DNA from: Macrostomum lignano
Lineage: Eukaryota
NCBI GenBank assembly: GCA_002269645.1
Contig: NIVC01002816.1
Span: 1-48,726 of the forward strand
DNA length: 48,726 bases
Direction: 5' to 3'
Part shown: piece after piece, positions 1 to 12,569 of the stretch
How positions within the stretch are numbered: the stretch's first letter is position 1
How the letters are laid out: the number at the start of each line of letters is the position of its first letter
The notes under the pieces: model-generated
Seen by the model: only the letters and a program-made list of their open reading frames with translations
Told to the model about the DNA's origin: nothing
Database searches by the model: none
Translations under genes and position numbers: made by a program

Positions 1-2206
1 TTTCGCTTTTACAAACACATGCTGGATTACCTTGATTTGCCATTGCCAATTGCCATCCACTGTTAAACTGCTGCAAAGTTTGCCAATATAGAGGACAGTG
101 CTACTCACTAAACTGTTATGGATGGCTAAACGTAGCTCTCCACAGGGGTGCAGAGAAAGCCATAAACAAAGCTACTCCAAAACAGTGTACATTGCCATGT
201 ACATTCAGCCCTATCACCTGACCCTTGGTCTGGCTCTGGGGAATGAGTGAGTGAGTGGCACAAACAACAGAAAAAGCAGACAAACTTCTCATGCTTACAG
301 TTTCTGTTCTAATTGGGTTAGCAGAGTTGAAACTTTACATTTTGACAGAGAATGAATCAATGAAGAATTGTGTCAAGTTTGATGTCAATCGCTTTATGTG
401 GAGCAAAACTTATGGCAGCTGAAAGTTAGTCAATTTTGAAACCCCTTATGGCTTTTACACATCTGGGCCCAGATCGGGAAAGAGAGACAGGCGGGTGGAT
501 GTTGGGATGGCTGCCTCGCTGAAAAAACAGCCTAACTTTAAAAGTGCACAGCGCCATTCAGGATTAACTTTCAGACTCAAAATTTTTACATGATTGTGCC
601 AAAATAGTTGAAGACTGTCTGTGTCAAATTTGAAGGGAATCTGTAGAAAATGGAGCGGCGCTATGGAGGATTTAGTGAAAAAATTGCACATTTTGAGCAA
701 TTTTTTGCACTTTTAGGTAGGAAGAGTCAAATTTAGGAAATTTTAAGGTAGCCTAAAGACATTATCCGTAGTAAGTTTAGGGTGGGTGTAAAGTTTAGTG
801 TAATTTGGTTGAGGCGGTTTTGGGAGTCCATAGTGATCAAAATTGTCCAGACAGACACACAGAGTTTTGATTTTTATATTTAGAAAAATTTGCAGTTTTC
901 CCATATAAGTTTCGACGCTGACTTGGCAGTATTGTAGGAGTTTACTTGCAATATACATACATACACACAAACAATGTGTCAGTTATAGTATATTGAGAGA
1001 TATAGTGACTCCCAAATTTGAATATAAAAATATAAGTTCTAGGCTAGACAGAGGCCTAACTTTAGTTTAATTTATAATTGAAAATCATGTCTTATATAGT
1101 GTAGTCTTTCTAAGTTCAAATTATACAAATTTCTATCAAGTTCTTAATTGAATAATAGTTCTCGTGGTTCATAAAGATAAAACTATATATTTAGAAGCCA
1201 CGTGCAGAGGTATAAAAAGGCCATTGACTAATATAAAGCAACCTGAATATTCAAGTTTTAACTATAGTGCTAGGGCCTATAGTTCTATTGCATATACTTC
1301 TAGTACTTCATTTCAATAAAGGCTTCAAAAATGGTGAGATCATTTTGTTTTACCTAATAATATGGATCACAAAAATCACAAATTAAAGAGAAAAAATAGA
1401 TAGTAAATAATTTTTTTGTGCATATTCTATTCATTAATCATTATACTTATTATAGCTTAATATTTTGTTTTACCTTTTTATTCAATTATAGGCTACTAAA
1501 AAGCTAGGCTGCTATATTTTGTTTCTATTTTGTTATTATCCATTTTTTAATTCCAGAGCTGTTTTAATAATAAAGTTATCCAAATGGCAAGACATCAATA
1601 TAAAGCATCCACTAAGTTGGTTAAAAAGAAGAAGACGAGCAAGTATATTTTTGCCTTCTCTGAAGAGAAGTGTTCACCCAAAAAGGACAGGCAATGGGAC
1701 TTTGATATCAAGAGAATAGTATTCCTGGCAATATTGGTCAAAATAAAGTTTCTTTGCTAATGTCTAAGAGCTTCCTTCTTGCCCATGATCATATTCTAAT
1801 GTAAGTATATTAATTCATTTACATGTGAACTAAGTTTTTAGTGTTTGAATGAAATCCTGGGTTCAAAGTCATTTTGTGTCATGGAAAATTGTTGCAAAAA
1901 CGAGCATAGCTCGTATGAAAATGATAAATAATAAGTTAATCATGCAGTCCATCCTATAGATCTGTTGATGATTCAATTTAGCTTCCACACTCATCTTTAC
2001 TGATACCTTCAATCTATGGAACTGTTGATGACTCGTTTTGGTTTTTCTCTCTTATGCAGTACTGTCCAATCTATAGATTTGTTTGATCTTGCCTTCCACT
2101 CTTATCTCTTCTTTATACCTAAACTATATGTCTGTCCTTTTTATTCATAAGACGAAAATGTGAGCATGTCACTAAATTCCTGCTATTACCCACTTATATT
2201 TCACAG

Positions 2207-5200
2207 CATCCAGGGTGAGCACACGTTGCAGCAGCTGTCAGTTTCGCTAAAGAAACGAGGTTGTCCAGTATCCGACAGGGCCAGCTTGATTGAGGCCCTA
2301 GCTAGTCACCTGGGCAAGGCTTTGGAGTCGCGAGCTACTCAAATTCAGCTAGCTCAGACTAGCGCTTTTAGTGTGAGTGCTTGCTCATTAATATTTGAAA
2401 TAGTATTTAGAGTATGTGTTAAGACTCTTCTAGAATCCTTATATGCTCTTTTATTATTGCAGCACTGTATTGTACTTGGAATCAACCTTAACCCACTGAC
2501 CTACTTCGCCGCAGTTGACAAGGGACCCAAGTTTGGCGCACCAGAGGTACACAGTTTACTTCCAAATTTTTATGCATTTTAAAATTTGGATTTATAAAAA
2601 GTGATAAATCAATCAGTTTCGTATTGAACAGACTCGTACTTACTATCTAATGCTCTTTCTTTTCAAATCCTCACCAACCGATATGAGTCTCAATAACTCA
2701 GCATCTGATCTAGTTCTTAATAAGTAATACCTCATCTACAGAGCTCATCAACCGGTCTCAGTCTCAACTGCATCCTTATCAACCAGTCTCAGTCTCAACC
2801 TTATCCTCATCAACCAGTCTCAGTCTCAACCTCATCCTCATCAACCAGTCTCAGTCTCAACCTCATCCTCATCAACCAGTCTCAGTCTCAACCTCATCCT
2901 CATCAACCAGTCTCAGTCTCAACCTCATCCTCATGAACCGGTTTCAACCGCATCCTCGTCAATCGGTCTCAACCGTGTCCTCATTCCTCATCAACCAGTC
3001 CCAGTCTCAACCGCATCCTCATTCCTCATCAACCAGTCTCAGTCTCAACCTCATCCTCATGAACCGGTCTCAACCGCATCCTCATCAACCGGTAACGCGC
3101 TAAAACGGGCACTCTCATCCAGGCCGCTGAGTTCCGCCAATTCTGGTCGGGAAAATCCGAGCTTCGGCACGCCGGGGCGAAGTCCGGGAGACGTTGGTAT
3201 GGCGTGGCAGCCACGTTACCCAGAGAGTCATCGACTGGGTGTTGCGCAAGCAGCTGAGCTGTCGGCCCGGCCAGTACCGCCAGCTTCACTGCCAGCTGCG
3301 GCCACTGCTGCAGCCGGCGAAACGCCATCATTCTGTGTGGTCGTCGGCTATATCTGACCTGAACGCATCACTGGCTGAGCTGTCTAGTCGCCTTACTGCC
3401 ATCGGCTCGTCTGCTATGCCGCTCAGCGTCAATGGCCTTCTAGCTGTGGCTCCGGCTTTCCGAGGCGCCTGTTTACTGCCGCCAGGATGGGGCGGGCGCG
3501 CCAAGCAAAACCAGCTAGTGCACGAGTGCCACCTGCAGTTGGAGGCCAGCGGCAAGTGGCCCACGCTGCTTGGACCATTCCGGGCGATGAAAACGCTGTT
3601 TTGTTTGCGCTTAGCTCAGGTGAGAAATCTGTTCGATTCTGATTAATTATTCGATAAATCTAGAGCAAGACAATAGACAAGAAAGATAGGTGCATTCGTG
3701 CAAAATTTGAATTTGCATTTGTGCTACATGTAGCGCTTGTACTGGGTGCAAATTCAGTAGATGAAAGAATAATCCATGCAAATACGAGATACATAATTAA
3801 ACCGTAGATGGGCGACTTGTTTTAACCTTTGCATCTGCTGTCTACTTAAAGGCATTCAGTAGCGATCCTTTCTATTCCTTCATCCATGGAACAGACTAAA
3901 AAGATATTTTCTTTGCCCCGCGTAGCGACTGACTGACCTATCTTAGCCATGGAAGAGGGGAAATAAAAGTACAGTTTAAAATACACTTAAAACACCTTGG
4001 TATTACCACAGACTAAAGTGGCGAGAAGTAATTTTTTTGAACGCGGGCAGGAATCTGTTCCGTGCCATGGATGAAGGAAAAGAAAGGATCGCTCATCTGA
4101 AAGCGAGTCTATGGCCAAAACCTACTAAAAATTGGGATATCCCCCCCATGAATTTCATTGGCTGCTGGAATTTAATAATAGTCCCCCCCCTAATTTCTTA
4201 CTGGCTGAAGCTTGTACGAGGGGAAATTCCAAAGTCACGATTAGCATGCATACTAGGCTTGTTTCTTGTTTTAAACGCTAATTTCTTTCCCCTAAGCCGT
4301 CATGGCCCAGAGGAAGAAGGCAGTTATAGATGTCTAGCCAACGTACATGCAACAAGTAGCTTTGTTTTTGTTCTGTGATAAGTTATTTTCGTCTAAAGCT
4401 GAATCAAGCCAGCAGCTCTCTATTTGACTATCGAGCATAAAGACTAGTCCAAAGTTTACGCCAACGCGAAATACTGTGCTGTGCGACAAACATTTTTCTC
4501 CAGACTCAAACTCGTTGTTATCTCAAGGGTCTTTCGCCAATGGAAAGAGAAAAAACCTAGCTAACCCTGGCGCAATACCAATGCAATACCCAGCTACGCT
4601 GCAGCTTCTTTGTTATATGCAAGTTAGTCAGAAAAAATAGCGAAAAAATAGACTATTTTTTAAACAAACATTTCTTCATAACTATTTCCAACTTTGCCAC
4701 ATAAAAAGTATCGGCTTCTTTCTTTTAATTTTAGCATAGAGGATCAGCAAATAAAGCTTTCCCATTCGAATATGGTTCTAAATAAGCTACGAAAAGTAAC
4801 TTGACATTTTTACTTTTCACTGACTAACTTGCCCCCCATTTCTTCAAAGTTCAATCGCTTTATGCTTAGTTGTCTTGTTTCTTAACTTTTGCAACAATTT
4901 GTTATTTGTTTCAATCACTGCCTCCTTCAATTCTCTCTACATAATCAGTCAAGTACAAAAAATACAAACTAACTGCCGGTCTATCAAGAGGCAAAATTTG
5001 TTTACCAGGCAAAAGAACGCAAATGTCATGTCAGGCCATGTTACTTGTATGTCTTTAAAATAATAAATAGTGCATTCTTTTCCTATGCGCGTTAATCCGT
5101 GACTTTGGAATTTCCCCTTGTACAAGCTTCAGTCAGTAAGAACTTAGGGGGGGACTATTATTAAATTCCATCAGCCAATAAAATTCATGGGGGGGGAATA

Positions 5201-8200
5201 TCCCAATTTTAAGGAAGTCTTGGCCATATACTCGCTTTCAGATGAGCGATCCTTTCTATTCCTTCATCCATGTTCCGTGCCCACTAGTTTCGTCTATGGT
5301 TAGTGCCTTGTGGCGACCTCAAAATGATGAGACAAAGGATTTTCAGACAGTAATGAGACTCAACGAGACTGGGATTTCCCTGATTCCTGCCCATAGACAG
5401 AACTATTAGTTCACGTGTACAAATTGCATGAGTCTTAAAGCTTCCATCCTTATTGGCAGTTAATTACCATACACAGACGGTTTGCCAATCAGACAGGGTT
5501 CTGAAATCCCCAGTTTGTGAAACCCTAACTGAGTCACCCAAGGTAGTAAGCGAAACCATAGAGAATCACAATGTGACAGGCATCCCAGGGTAGTAAGCGA
5601 ATTAGCGAAACCATGGAGAATCACAATGGACAGGGATCCGATCGTGCTTCCCAGTGTCCCCTGGGATTTCCTTTGCAAGAAGAACATCAACTTAGCTTTT
5701 CGTAGCAGGGTACCAGACAAATACTAAAAAATAAGGAAAAAATAAAAGCCACAAATCCTACCAGCACTAAAATCCACCAATGATGCTCTACCTATCACAC
5801 TAATTACCCAACAACATCGCAGACCATGCGTTCTCGTCTGTCTCGAACCGAGGCCAGCGAAATTATCGCCTGCCGCTCCGGCGTCCTGGTCACCTGGCGT
5901 AGGCGGCACAGATTCTACCTGAGATTGGCCCTGCCAAAAGAGGCCGCACTAGCTAGGCAGGCAGGCCTGAGCTCTGGCCAGTCAACTGCTCAACAACAGC
6001 AGCAGCTGCTCATTCAAGCTGACTGCACAGAGTCTCGTCAATTAGAACGCGAACTCGTGCTGCTGCCAGCTTTGGCTGGCGCACTTCGCGGCCTGACTAG
6101 CCAGCGGCCAACTCACAGTGAAACTGTCCGACTGTGCCTTCGCTGGCTGGCCGGACACATGCTGCTGAACATGGCTGTGGATGCTCTGGCTGTTGAACTG
6201 CTGTGCGCCTGGGTGGCCATCGATGCGTCACCCTGCTCGGCTATGCGAGGCTTTTTATTATTCCTGCAGCTGCTGGCCAGGCACGACTTTGCGGTGAGAA
6301 TTGAAATGTTTCTTTGTAGTGTATCTGCGCACCGCGTGATCCTTGAATCAAAGCTTCATTTCATTTCATTAAGAACGTCAATGGTCTCTTTACGAGCGTA
6401 TCCTCCTTAATCTGAATATATAACGAGACGCTGATAGGTTCTGGTAGATCCCGATGAATCCCGGGCTAACGAGTCCCGATCCTGAAGTTAATTAATTCCG
6501 ATCCTGAATCTAATTGGTTCCGATCCTGAAGCTAATAAATTCCGATCCTGAAGCTAATGAATTCCGATCCTGAAGCTACTGAGTCCCGATCCTGAAGCTC
6601 ATGAGTCCTGATCCTGAAGCTAGTGAATTCCGATCTTGAAGCTAGTGAATTCCGATCCTGAAGCTAGTGAATTCCGATCTTGAAGCTACTGAGTTCCGAT
6701 CCTGAAGCTCATGAGTCCTGATCCTGAAGCTAATGAATCCCGATCCTGAATCTAATTGGTTCCGATCCTGAAGCTAGTGAATTCCGATCCTGAAGCTACT
6801 GAGTTCCGATCCTGAAGCTACTGAGTCCCGATCCTGAAGCCAATGAGTCCTGATCCTGAAGCTAATGAATTCCAATCCTGAATCTTATGAGTCCCGATCC
6901 TGAATCTAATTGGTTCCGATCCTGAAGCTAGTGAATTCCGATCCTGAAGCTACTGAGTTCCGATCCTGAAGCTACTGAGTCCCGATCCTGAAGCCAATGA
7001 GTCCTGATCCTGAAGCTAATGAATTCCAATCCTGAATCTTATGAGTCCCGATCCTGAATCTAATTCGTCCCGATCCAAAAGCTAATGGGTTCAAGTCCTG
7101 AAGCTAATGGGTCCAAATCCCGTAAAGCTCATGAATCCCGATCCTGAAGCTAATTCGTCCCGATCCTGAAGCTAAGGGGTCTTGGTATTCTGATTTTCCT
7201 TATTGTCCTTATTGTCTACTCATTTTAAGTTTTCTTTTTATTTAAGGATACTCTTAGTGACAGTGGTGCCACCAGAAATCTGTTGAGGGGTGGATTCTGG
7301 AGGGTAAAGACCCCAAGGGGCGGAGGGGGCGGCTTTGTATTGTGGCAAAAATGCACTTGTTCCCCCCTTTGATTTTCTTCAGGTCGCCTAACGGAGGGCA
7401 ACTAACAACCCCCCTCCCCCCCCCCCCTGGGTGCACCCTTGCTTAGTGACATTTTTAATGTAAACTAAATTAAACATCAATCATAATAAATGAAGTCGCT
7501 TTTTGCAACCTACATGTAATAGCGAATGTCTGTGAAATTAATTGTCAAAGCCAACTAGCAGGGATAAATGGTCTAACAACTCAAGAGGCTTTCAAAAAGA
7601 CCTAAACTCCTAGATTCTTTTTATTTAAAATCATTAGAAGACTTTGGGGTGCCTGTGAAAGGGTGCTTGCGTACGGCTGTTCAGTCCAAGGACGGGGGGG
7701 GGGGTCGCCAAACCCTCAATTACCCCAGCTAATGCTGATACCTGTTTTACAGATGGGTGAACTGAAGCAATGCAGAGTTAAGTGCCTTGCTTAAGGATCC
7801 GATTGTTCAGAGAATGGGCCGATAATCGAATCCCGAGCTTTCGATCGTGAGTCCGACGCTCAAACCACTAAGCTTCAATCCCCTCAGCTAATGAGGATTT
7901 TTAAGTTCTTAGAAACCAGTAGTATTCATAGTTTGGACAATGATTTCGAATTATGATCTCAAGATCGAGAAAGCAATCAAGTACAGATGTAAATGTACAT
8001 CTGTGTACTGCGTACATATCCGTGGATGTGCGTACATTTCTATATGCCCTTTCTATTGTACTCCAGCAGAGAGGACATAGCAGCTCAGCGGTAAACGCGT
8101 CTGAGTCTCGCGTCACGACCGCTTGTTCGACCCCCGTGCGCGCGCACATTAATTTGGGGCTTAGTGCACAAAAATTGGCCTAGGACCCTATGGGACGCTT

Positions 8201-9456
8201 AGAAAGTTAGGGCCGTTGTACACCCTTTGTGAGCGTGTGTGTAAGTGCGTGTCTGCGGGCAGTATCCCCGCGCTTGTATGTGCTCAGGACAATGTCGCCA
8301 AAGGCCTTGCACAAGGGCCACAACCCTTCTACAAAAGTTTATTTTTAATATATTGTTACCCAGCACTCTCAATTTTTCCTTAATTGTCCAGCAACAACCG
8401 CTGATTGTCAATCTGAACGAGTCCCTGAGCGGCGCCGATCGAGCGAGCATCGAGGCCGACTTTCGCAAGCGCCGGCGCCACCTACCAGCCATGTTCATCG
8501 CCTGCCCGCAGGACCGGACAGAGTCCATGCTCACCACCGCCCGGCCGGACACCCAACTGCTCGGCCGGCTTCAGCGGTGCGCTCGGGCCGCTCTGGCCGC
8601 CTTCGAGACCCGTCTGGCCAGTCCTAGGTCTGAGCTGCTTTCTGCGTCCTCTATGGCCGGCGCTTTTCGATCGGCGCCAGACTCTTTTGACGCTCTGCTT
8701 CATCTGGCGCCGCAGCCGCCGCTGTCCGAGTGTGCGCTTGACCGACTGGCCGACGCCGAGTTGCAGCAAGACTGTGACGAGTCGGACATCGCGGAGGTCG
8801 GCTCCGTATTTAATAGTCCGGGTTTTCACTGGGTTGAGCGGCTGGTGCTCAGGCTAACAGCTGCTCACGGGCAGGCGGCTTACTTTCTGGCCGACTGCTA
8901 CGGCGGGCGCTGTATCGGCGTTCTGCTGCGTCAGCACTGCGGCGGCGGTGTTGACCTGAGCCAGCAGGCTGTGGCTTGGCTTGACACAGCCGGGCCGGGA
9001 CTTGTGGCTCGAGTTGAGCTGTTCCCAAAGAATGCTGGATCCGATAAGGATGGTAAGTTTTATTAAATTTAATGTTTAAACATGTAGAGCTATGATATAC
9101 TGGCCTATTGCTCCGCATAAAGCATTTTGAAGGTTTGCATATTCCGGTTGACGCCAAGATAGAAAGAATTCGTTTTTCTTTGTGTACGCGGAGGGCGTGT
9201 TATACAGTGCGGCCAGAGAGCATGACTAAAAATTGACTGCCGACAATTTAGATTAGGGTAGGGTTTAGGCTTAGGGTTAGGATCGGCAGTCAATCTGTGG
9301 AAGTCAGAAGGCTGGCAGTTGAATTTATACGGCAGAAGTCCAAGTTGATGCACAAAAAGCAGGCCATATAGGATTCAATCTAATTGATCTCTACGATTTT
9401 TCCTTACGATATTTTCCACTAACCCCATTACAGCTGCTGGTTCAACTGAAGCCTGA
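2207..9456 (+). CDS. NOL6: Nucleolar protein 6 / Utp22 (Nrap family), 3' part. Exons 2207-2372, 2463-2546, 3123-3619, 5823-6293, 8392-9052, 9434-9456. Upstream exons not identified.
   Basis: Spliced translation shows Nrap motifs LGINLNP...DKGP...PE|AAEFRQFWSGKSELR..VRETLVW, VRLCLRWLAGHML...GFLLFLQLL and QPLIVNLN. All junctions are GT-AG and phase-consistent. One extra base is needed at the GGGG run 3174-3177. Confidence 0.9.
2746..3095. repeat. 31-bp minisatellite (CAACCAGTCTCAGTCTCAACCTCATCCTCAT)n, about 11 copies, in a NOL6 intron
   Basis: Tandem units read directly; copies degenerate at both ends. Confidence 0.92.
4046..5282. mobile_element. Non-autonomous foldback DNA transposon with ~190-bp inverted arms and a decayed THAP-domain fragment
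   Basis: 4066-4253 is the near reverse complement of 5083-5272. The interior frame 4425-4592 reads *LSSIKTSPKFTPTRNTVLCDKHF...LANPGAIP, matching the THAP W...P...LC..HF...AVP pattern with TGA at the Trp position. No clear TSD found. Confidence 0.72.
6450..7180. repeat. 22-bp minisatellite (GATCCTGAAGCTAATGAATTCC)n, about 33 copies, with a 154-bp higher-order unit
   Basis: GATCC recurs at 6544, 6566 and 6588. A variant block starting TCTAAT recurs at 6751, 6905 and 7059 (7x22 = 154 bp). Confidence 0.93.
7261..7441. mobile_element. 181-bp hAT-like MITE
   Basis: Perfect 8-bp TSD CTTAGTGA at 7253-7260 and 7442-7449. Imperfect TIR (CAGTGGTGC vs CAAGGGTGC). Confidence 0.75.
7705..7890 (-). mobile_element. 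tRNA-derived SINE with a CORE-like domain (family A)
   Basis: The reverse strand has an A-box-like TAGTGGTTTGAGCG and a B-box-like GGATTCGATT, then CCTTAAGCAAGGCACTTAACTCTGCATTGCTTCAGTTCACCCATCTGTAAAA. The body is shared with 48560-48695. Confidence 0.75.
8073..8290 (+). mobile_element. tRNA-derived SINE (family B)
   Basis: A-box-like AGCTCAGCGGTA and B-box-like GTTCGACCC. Body motifs CACATTAATTTGGGGC, GGGCCGTTGTACAC and GTGCTCAGGA recur in diverged form near 32.8, 33.3 and 46.1 kb. Confidence 0.68.
9232..9294. repeat. 12-bp inverted repeat enclosing degenerate TTAGGG units
   Basis: ATTGACTGCCGA (9232-9243) and TCGGCAGTCAAT (9283-9294) flank TTAGATTAGGGTAGGGTTTAGGCTTAGGGTTAGG. Confidence 0.8.
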
Positions 9457-9546
9457 TTTGTGTCCCGTGACCTGACGCTAGCGCAACAATATGACATTGT
9501 GGAATCGTACGCTGTCTGGCATTTGTTTGTTCCTATTGAGTGTTTA

Positions 9547-9576
9547 AATAAATTGTCGTACTTGTGCGTTAATAAA
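9547..9576 (+). promoter_or_regulatory. Candidate polyadenylation signals of NOL6
   Basis: AATAAA at 9547-9552 and 9571-9576, about 90-120 nt after the predicted stop. Confidence 0.5.
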
Positions 9577-10562
9577 ATTTTGCTTTCGAACTTCTTTCTC
9601 GCTTGTTGTTTATTTTAATCGACTATATATTGTTGAGTAATGTAGACAGATAAATCTTATGCATATTCTTGAATTTGATTTGACATCAATTACATAGAGA
9701 CATTAACAACTATATACGATTTAGTCATTTTGCAAGATAGGGGTTGACTAAATCTTAACGAGTTAGCCTATTACTCTGAAAAGTCATGGCTGCATTGTTA
9801 TGGCTCTGTATATCAATTAACATGGTATTGTGGCACTATCCTATATATTCTACCTAGATATTGTTGCATGAAAATTGAATGGCAGGTGCCCTTGTAATGT
9901 TTAAAACCGTAAGATCTGTCAGCTAAAGATTCAACACTTTACTGTATCTTATCAGTTATATCCTTTTGTCTTTAGAATCGTTTAACAAATTTATGCAAAT
10001 ATTATCTAGACATTAATTAGTTGTTTCACTAATAATGTACACTAATAATGGTCGTCCTACAATCCTGCGTTTGGCTTCGATTTTAAAAGGCTATAAATAA
10101 ATTTTCAATATTAATTCAATGACTGATTGACATCAGCCGATTTAATTATAATAAAACCTAAGCAATGCAGGCAAAATTAAAAAAGTTACAAAGAAGTTGA
10201 ATAATACAACTTTAAGCACATACTATTTAAATTCTTTTTATTTTAATAGGCTCTACAAGGAATATGTGAACTATAAATCAATCCATTAATTCCTTATATT
10301 TACTTTCACTAGATGAACCAACAGGTCAGTCTGTTCTTGCTAATACGAGCTTACTAACTTGGTATAAACAATGTAAACAATGGGTCCACATTTGACTGCC
10401 GACCCTAACTAAACCATCTATCGTGCTAATCAAGCTGATTGCCTAATTTCGCTTTGTAGCTAATCATTTGTATTAATACTTCAAGTATTCGTGTGAGTTA
10501 TTATTTGAAGATCGTTCATATTTATATTTTTACAAAAAAACTTCAATTCATGCTTCTGATAA

Positions 10563-12569
10563 ATGAGTAGGGATCCATACTCTGTCCTGGCACGTAGCCA
10601 TTCCGGGCTGCTGACCAGTCCAAAGCTGCTAGCTGCATCACTGTTACTAACTGTGTCAGTCGTCTCTGTCAGCGGTGCCAATGACGCTGACTTGGTTTGC
10701 TCCGCCTGTCGTATAGTTGCTCGCCAGCTGCACCAGAATGTTGAAAACGAAGCTAACGAAGGTCGCACAGTGGATTCTGGTAGCTTCCGGGTTGACTCCA
10801 AGGGCAATCAACGTGTCACTAAAGTCCCCTATGCTCGGTACGTTAGATTCTGGTTGGTTTGATTTAGGCTATGGATTCTCAAATATTTTCGAATAGAAAC
10901 TATCCTGACACTATCCACCATATCAGTGCACTATCCTGACACTATCCACCATATCAGTGCACTATCCTGACACTACCCATCATACCAGTGCACTATCCTG
11001 ACACTATCCATCATACCAGTGCACTATCCTGACACTATCCATCATATCAGTGCACTATCCTGACACTACATCATACAGTGCACTATCCTCATACCAGTGC
11101 ACTATCCTGACACTATCCTATCATATCAGTGCACTATCCTGACACTATCCATCATACCAGTGCACTATCCTGACACTATCCATCATACCAGTGCACTATC
11201 CTGACACTATTAATCATATCAGTGCACTATCCTGACACTACCCATCATACCAGTGCACTATCCTGACACTATCACTATCATACCAGTGCACTATCCTGAC
11301 TATCCACCATATCAGTGCACTATCCTGACACTATCCACCATATCAGTGCACTATCCTGACACTATCCACCATATCAGTGCACTATCCTGACACTATCCAC
11401 CATATCAGTGCACTATCCTGACACTATCCATCATATCAGTGCACTATCCTGACACTATCCATCATATCAGTGCACTATCCTGACACTATCCATCATACCA
11501 GTGCACTATCCTGACACTATCCATCATATCAGTGCACTATCCTGACACTATCCATCATACCAGTGCACTATCCTGGCACTCATATCAGTGCACTATCCTG
11601 ACACTATCCACCATATCAGTGCACTATCCTGACACTATCCATCATATCAGTGCACTATCCTGACACTATCCATCATATCAGTGCACTATCCTGACACTAT
11701 CCATCATACCAGTGCACTATCCTGACACTATCCATCATACCAGTGCACTATCCTGACACTATCCATCATATCAGTGCACTATCCTGACACTATCCATCAT
11801 ACCAGTGCACTATCCTGACACTATCTATCATACCAGTGCACTATCCTGACACTATCCATCATATCAGTGCACTATCCTGACACTATTAATCATATCAGTG
11901 CACTATCCTGACACTATTAATCATATCAGTGCACTATCCTGACACTATTAATCATATCAGTGCACTATCCTGACACTATTAATCATATCAGTGCACTATC
12001 CTGACACTATTAACCATATCAGTGCACTATCCTGACACTATCCATCATATCAGTGCACTATCCTGGCGCTAAAATGTGACGCATCTATCCACCGCCCTTA
12101 CAGCTCGGACACGCACCTGACCAACGCGCTGGAGACTATATGCGAACAGGTGCAGTCATCCTGGGGCCACTCGCCGCACTCCAGCCAGCCAAGTATTCGA
12201 TCGTTTGTGCCATTAACTCGAACTGACGGCCAAGCGGCCGATACGAGCCGCCTGACCAGCGGCTCCTCGGTTGACAACTGGCTGCGCATGCGATGCGAAT
12301 CGCTGCTGGACGATCACGAAGAGGCTACAAAATCCCTGCTGCAGCTCAGCCAGCCCAAGCCGCTGACTATGGATCAGTTTGAACGCCAACTGTGCTTGGA
12401 AACCGCTCGGGTTTGCACTGAGCCACTCATTGCTTTGCCCATTGAAGAGCCGCCAACTTTGCCATCAGCGGCGACAGATGATAAGGAGGCCAAGACCGAA
12501 GAGGCAACGGCTGAATCCGCGTCTGAAGAGGCTGCAGCTCATGATGATTCTGCCAAGACTGAGCTTTAG
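10563..12569 (+). CDS. CNPY2: Canopy family saposin-like ER protein (CNPY2-like), 246 aa. Exons 10563-10837 and 12104-12569.
   Basis: Hydrophobic leader, then CSACRIV, VDSGSFRVDSKGNQ, VPYAR|SDTHL...LETIC, CESLLDDHEE and LC.....C. Ends in KTEL (KDEL-type ER retrieval signal). Phase-2 GT-AG intron. Confidence 0.88.
10903..12066. repeat. 31-bp minisatellite (CACTATCCTGACACTATCCATCATATCAGTG)n, about 37 copies, filling the CNPY intron
   Basis: Tandem units read directly; the palindrome AGTGCACT occurs at unit junctions. Confidence 0.95.

Noticed and set aside
1553-1805. Possible upstream NOL6 exon (AG at ~1557, GTAAGT at ~1801)
   Set aside because: No frame stays open across it and no Nrap similarity is recognisable.
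9250-9282. True telomere or chromosome fusion site
   Set aside because: Only a few degenerate units enclosed by an inverted repeat, which fits a small mobile element better.
10903-12066. CRISPR-like appearance of the 31-bp array (also 2746-3095 and 37071-37405)
   Set aside because: Units are head-to-tail without unique spacers, no cas genes are present, and the context is eukaryotic.
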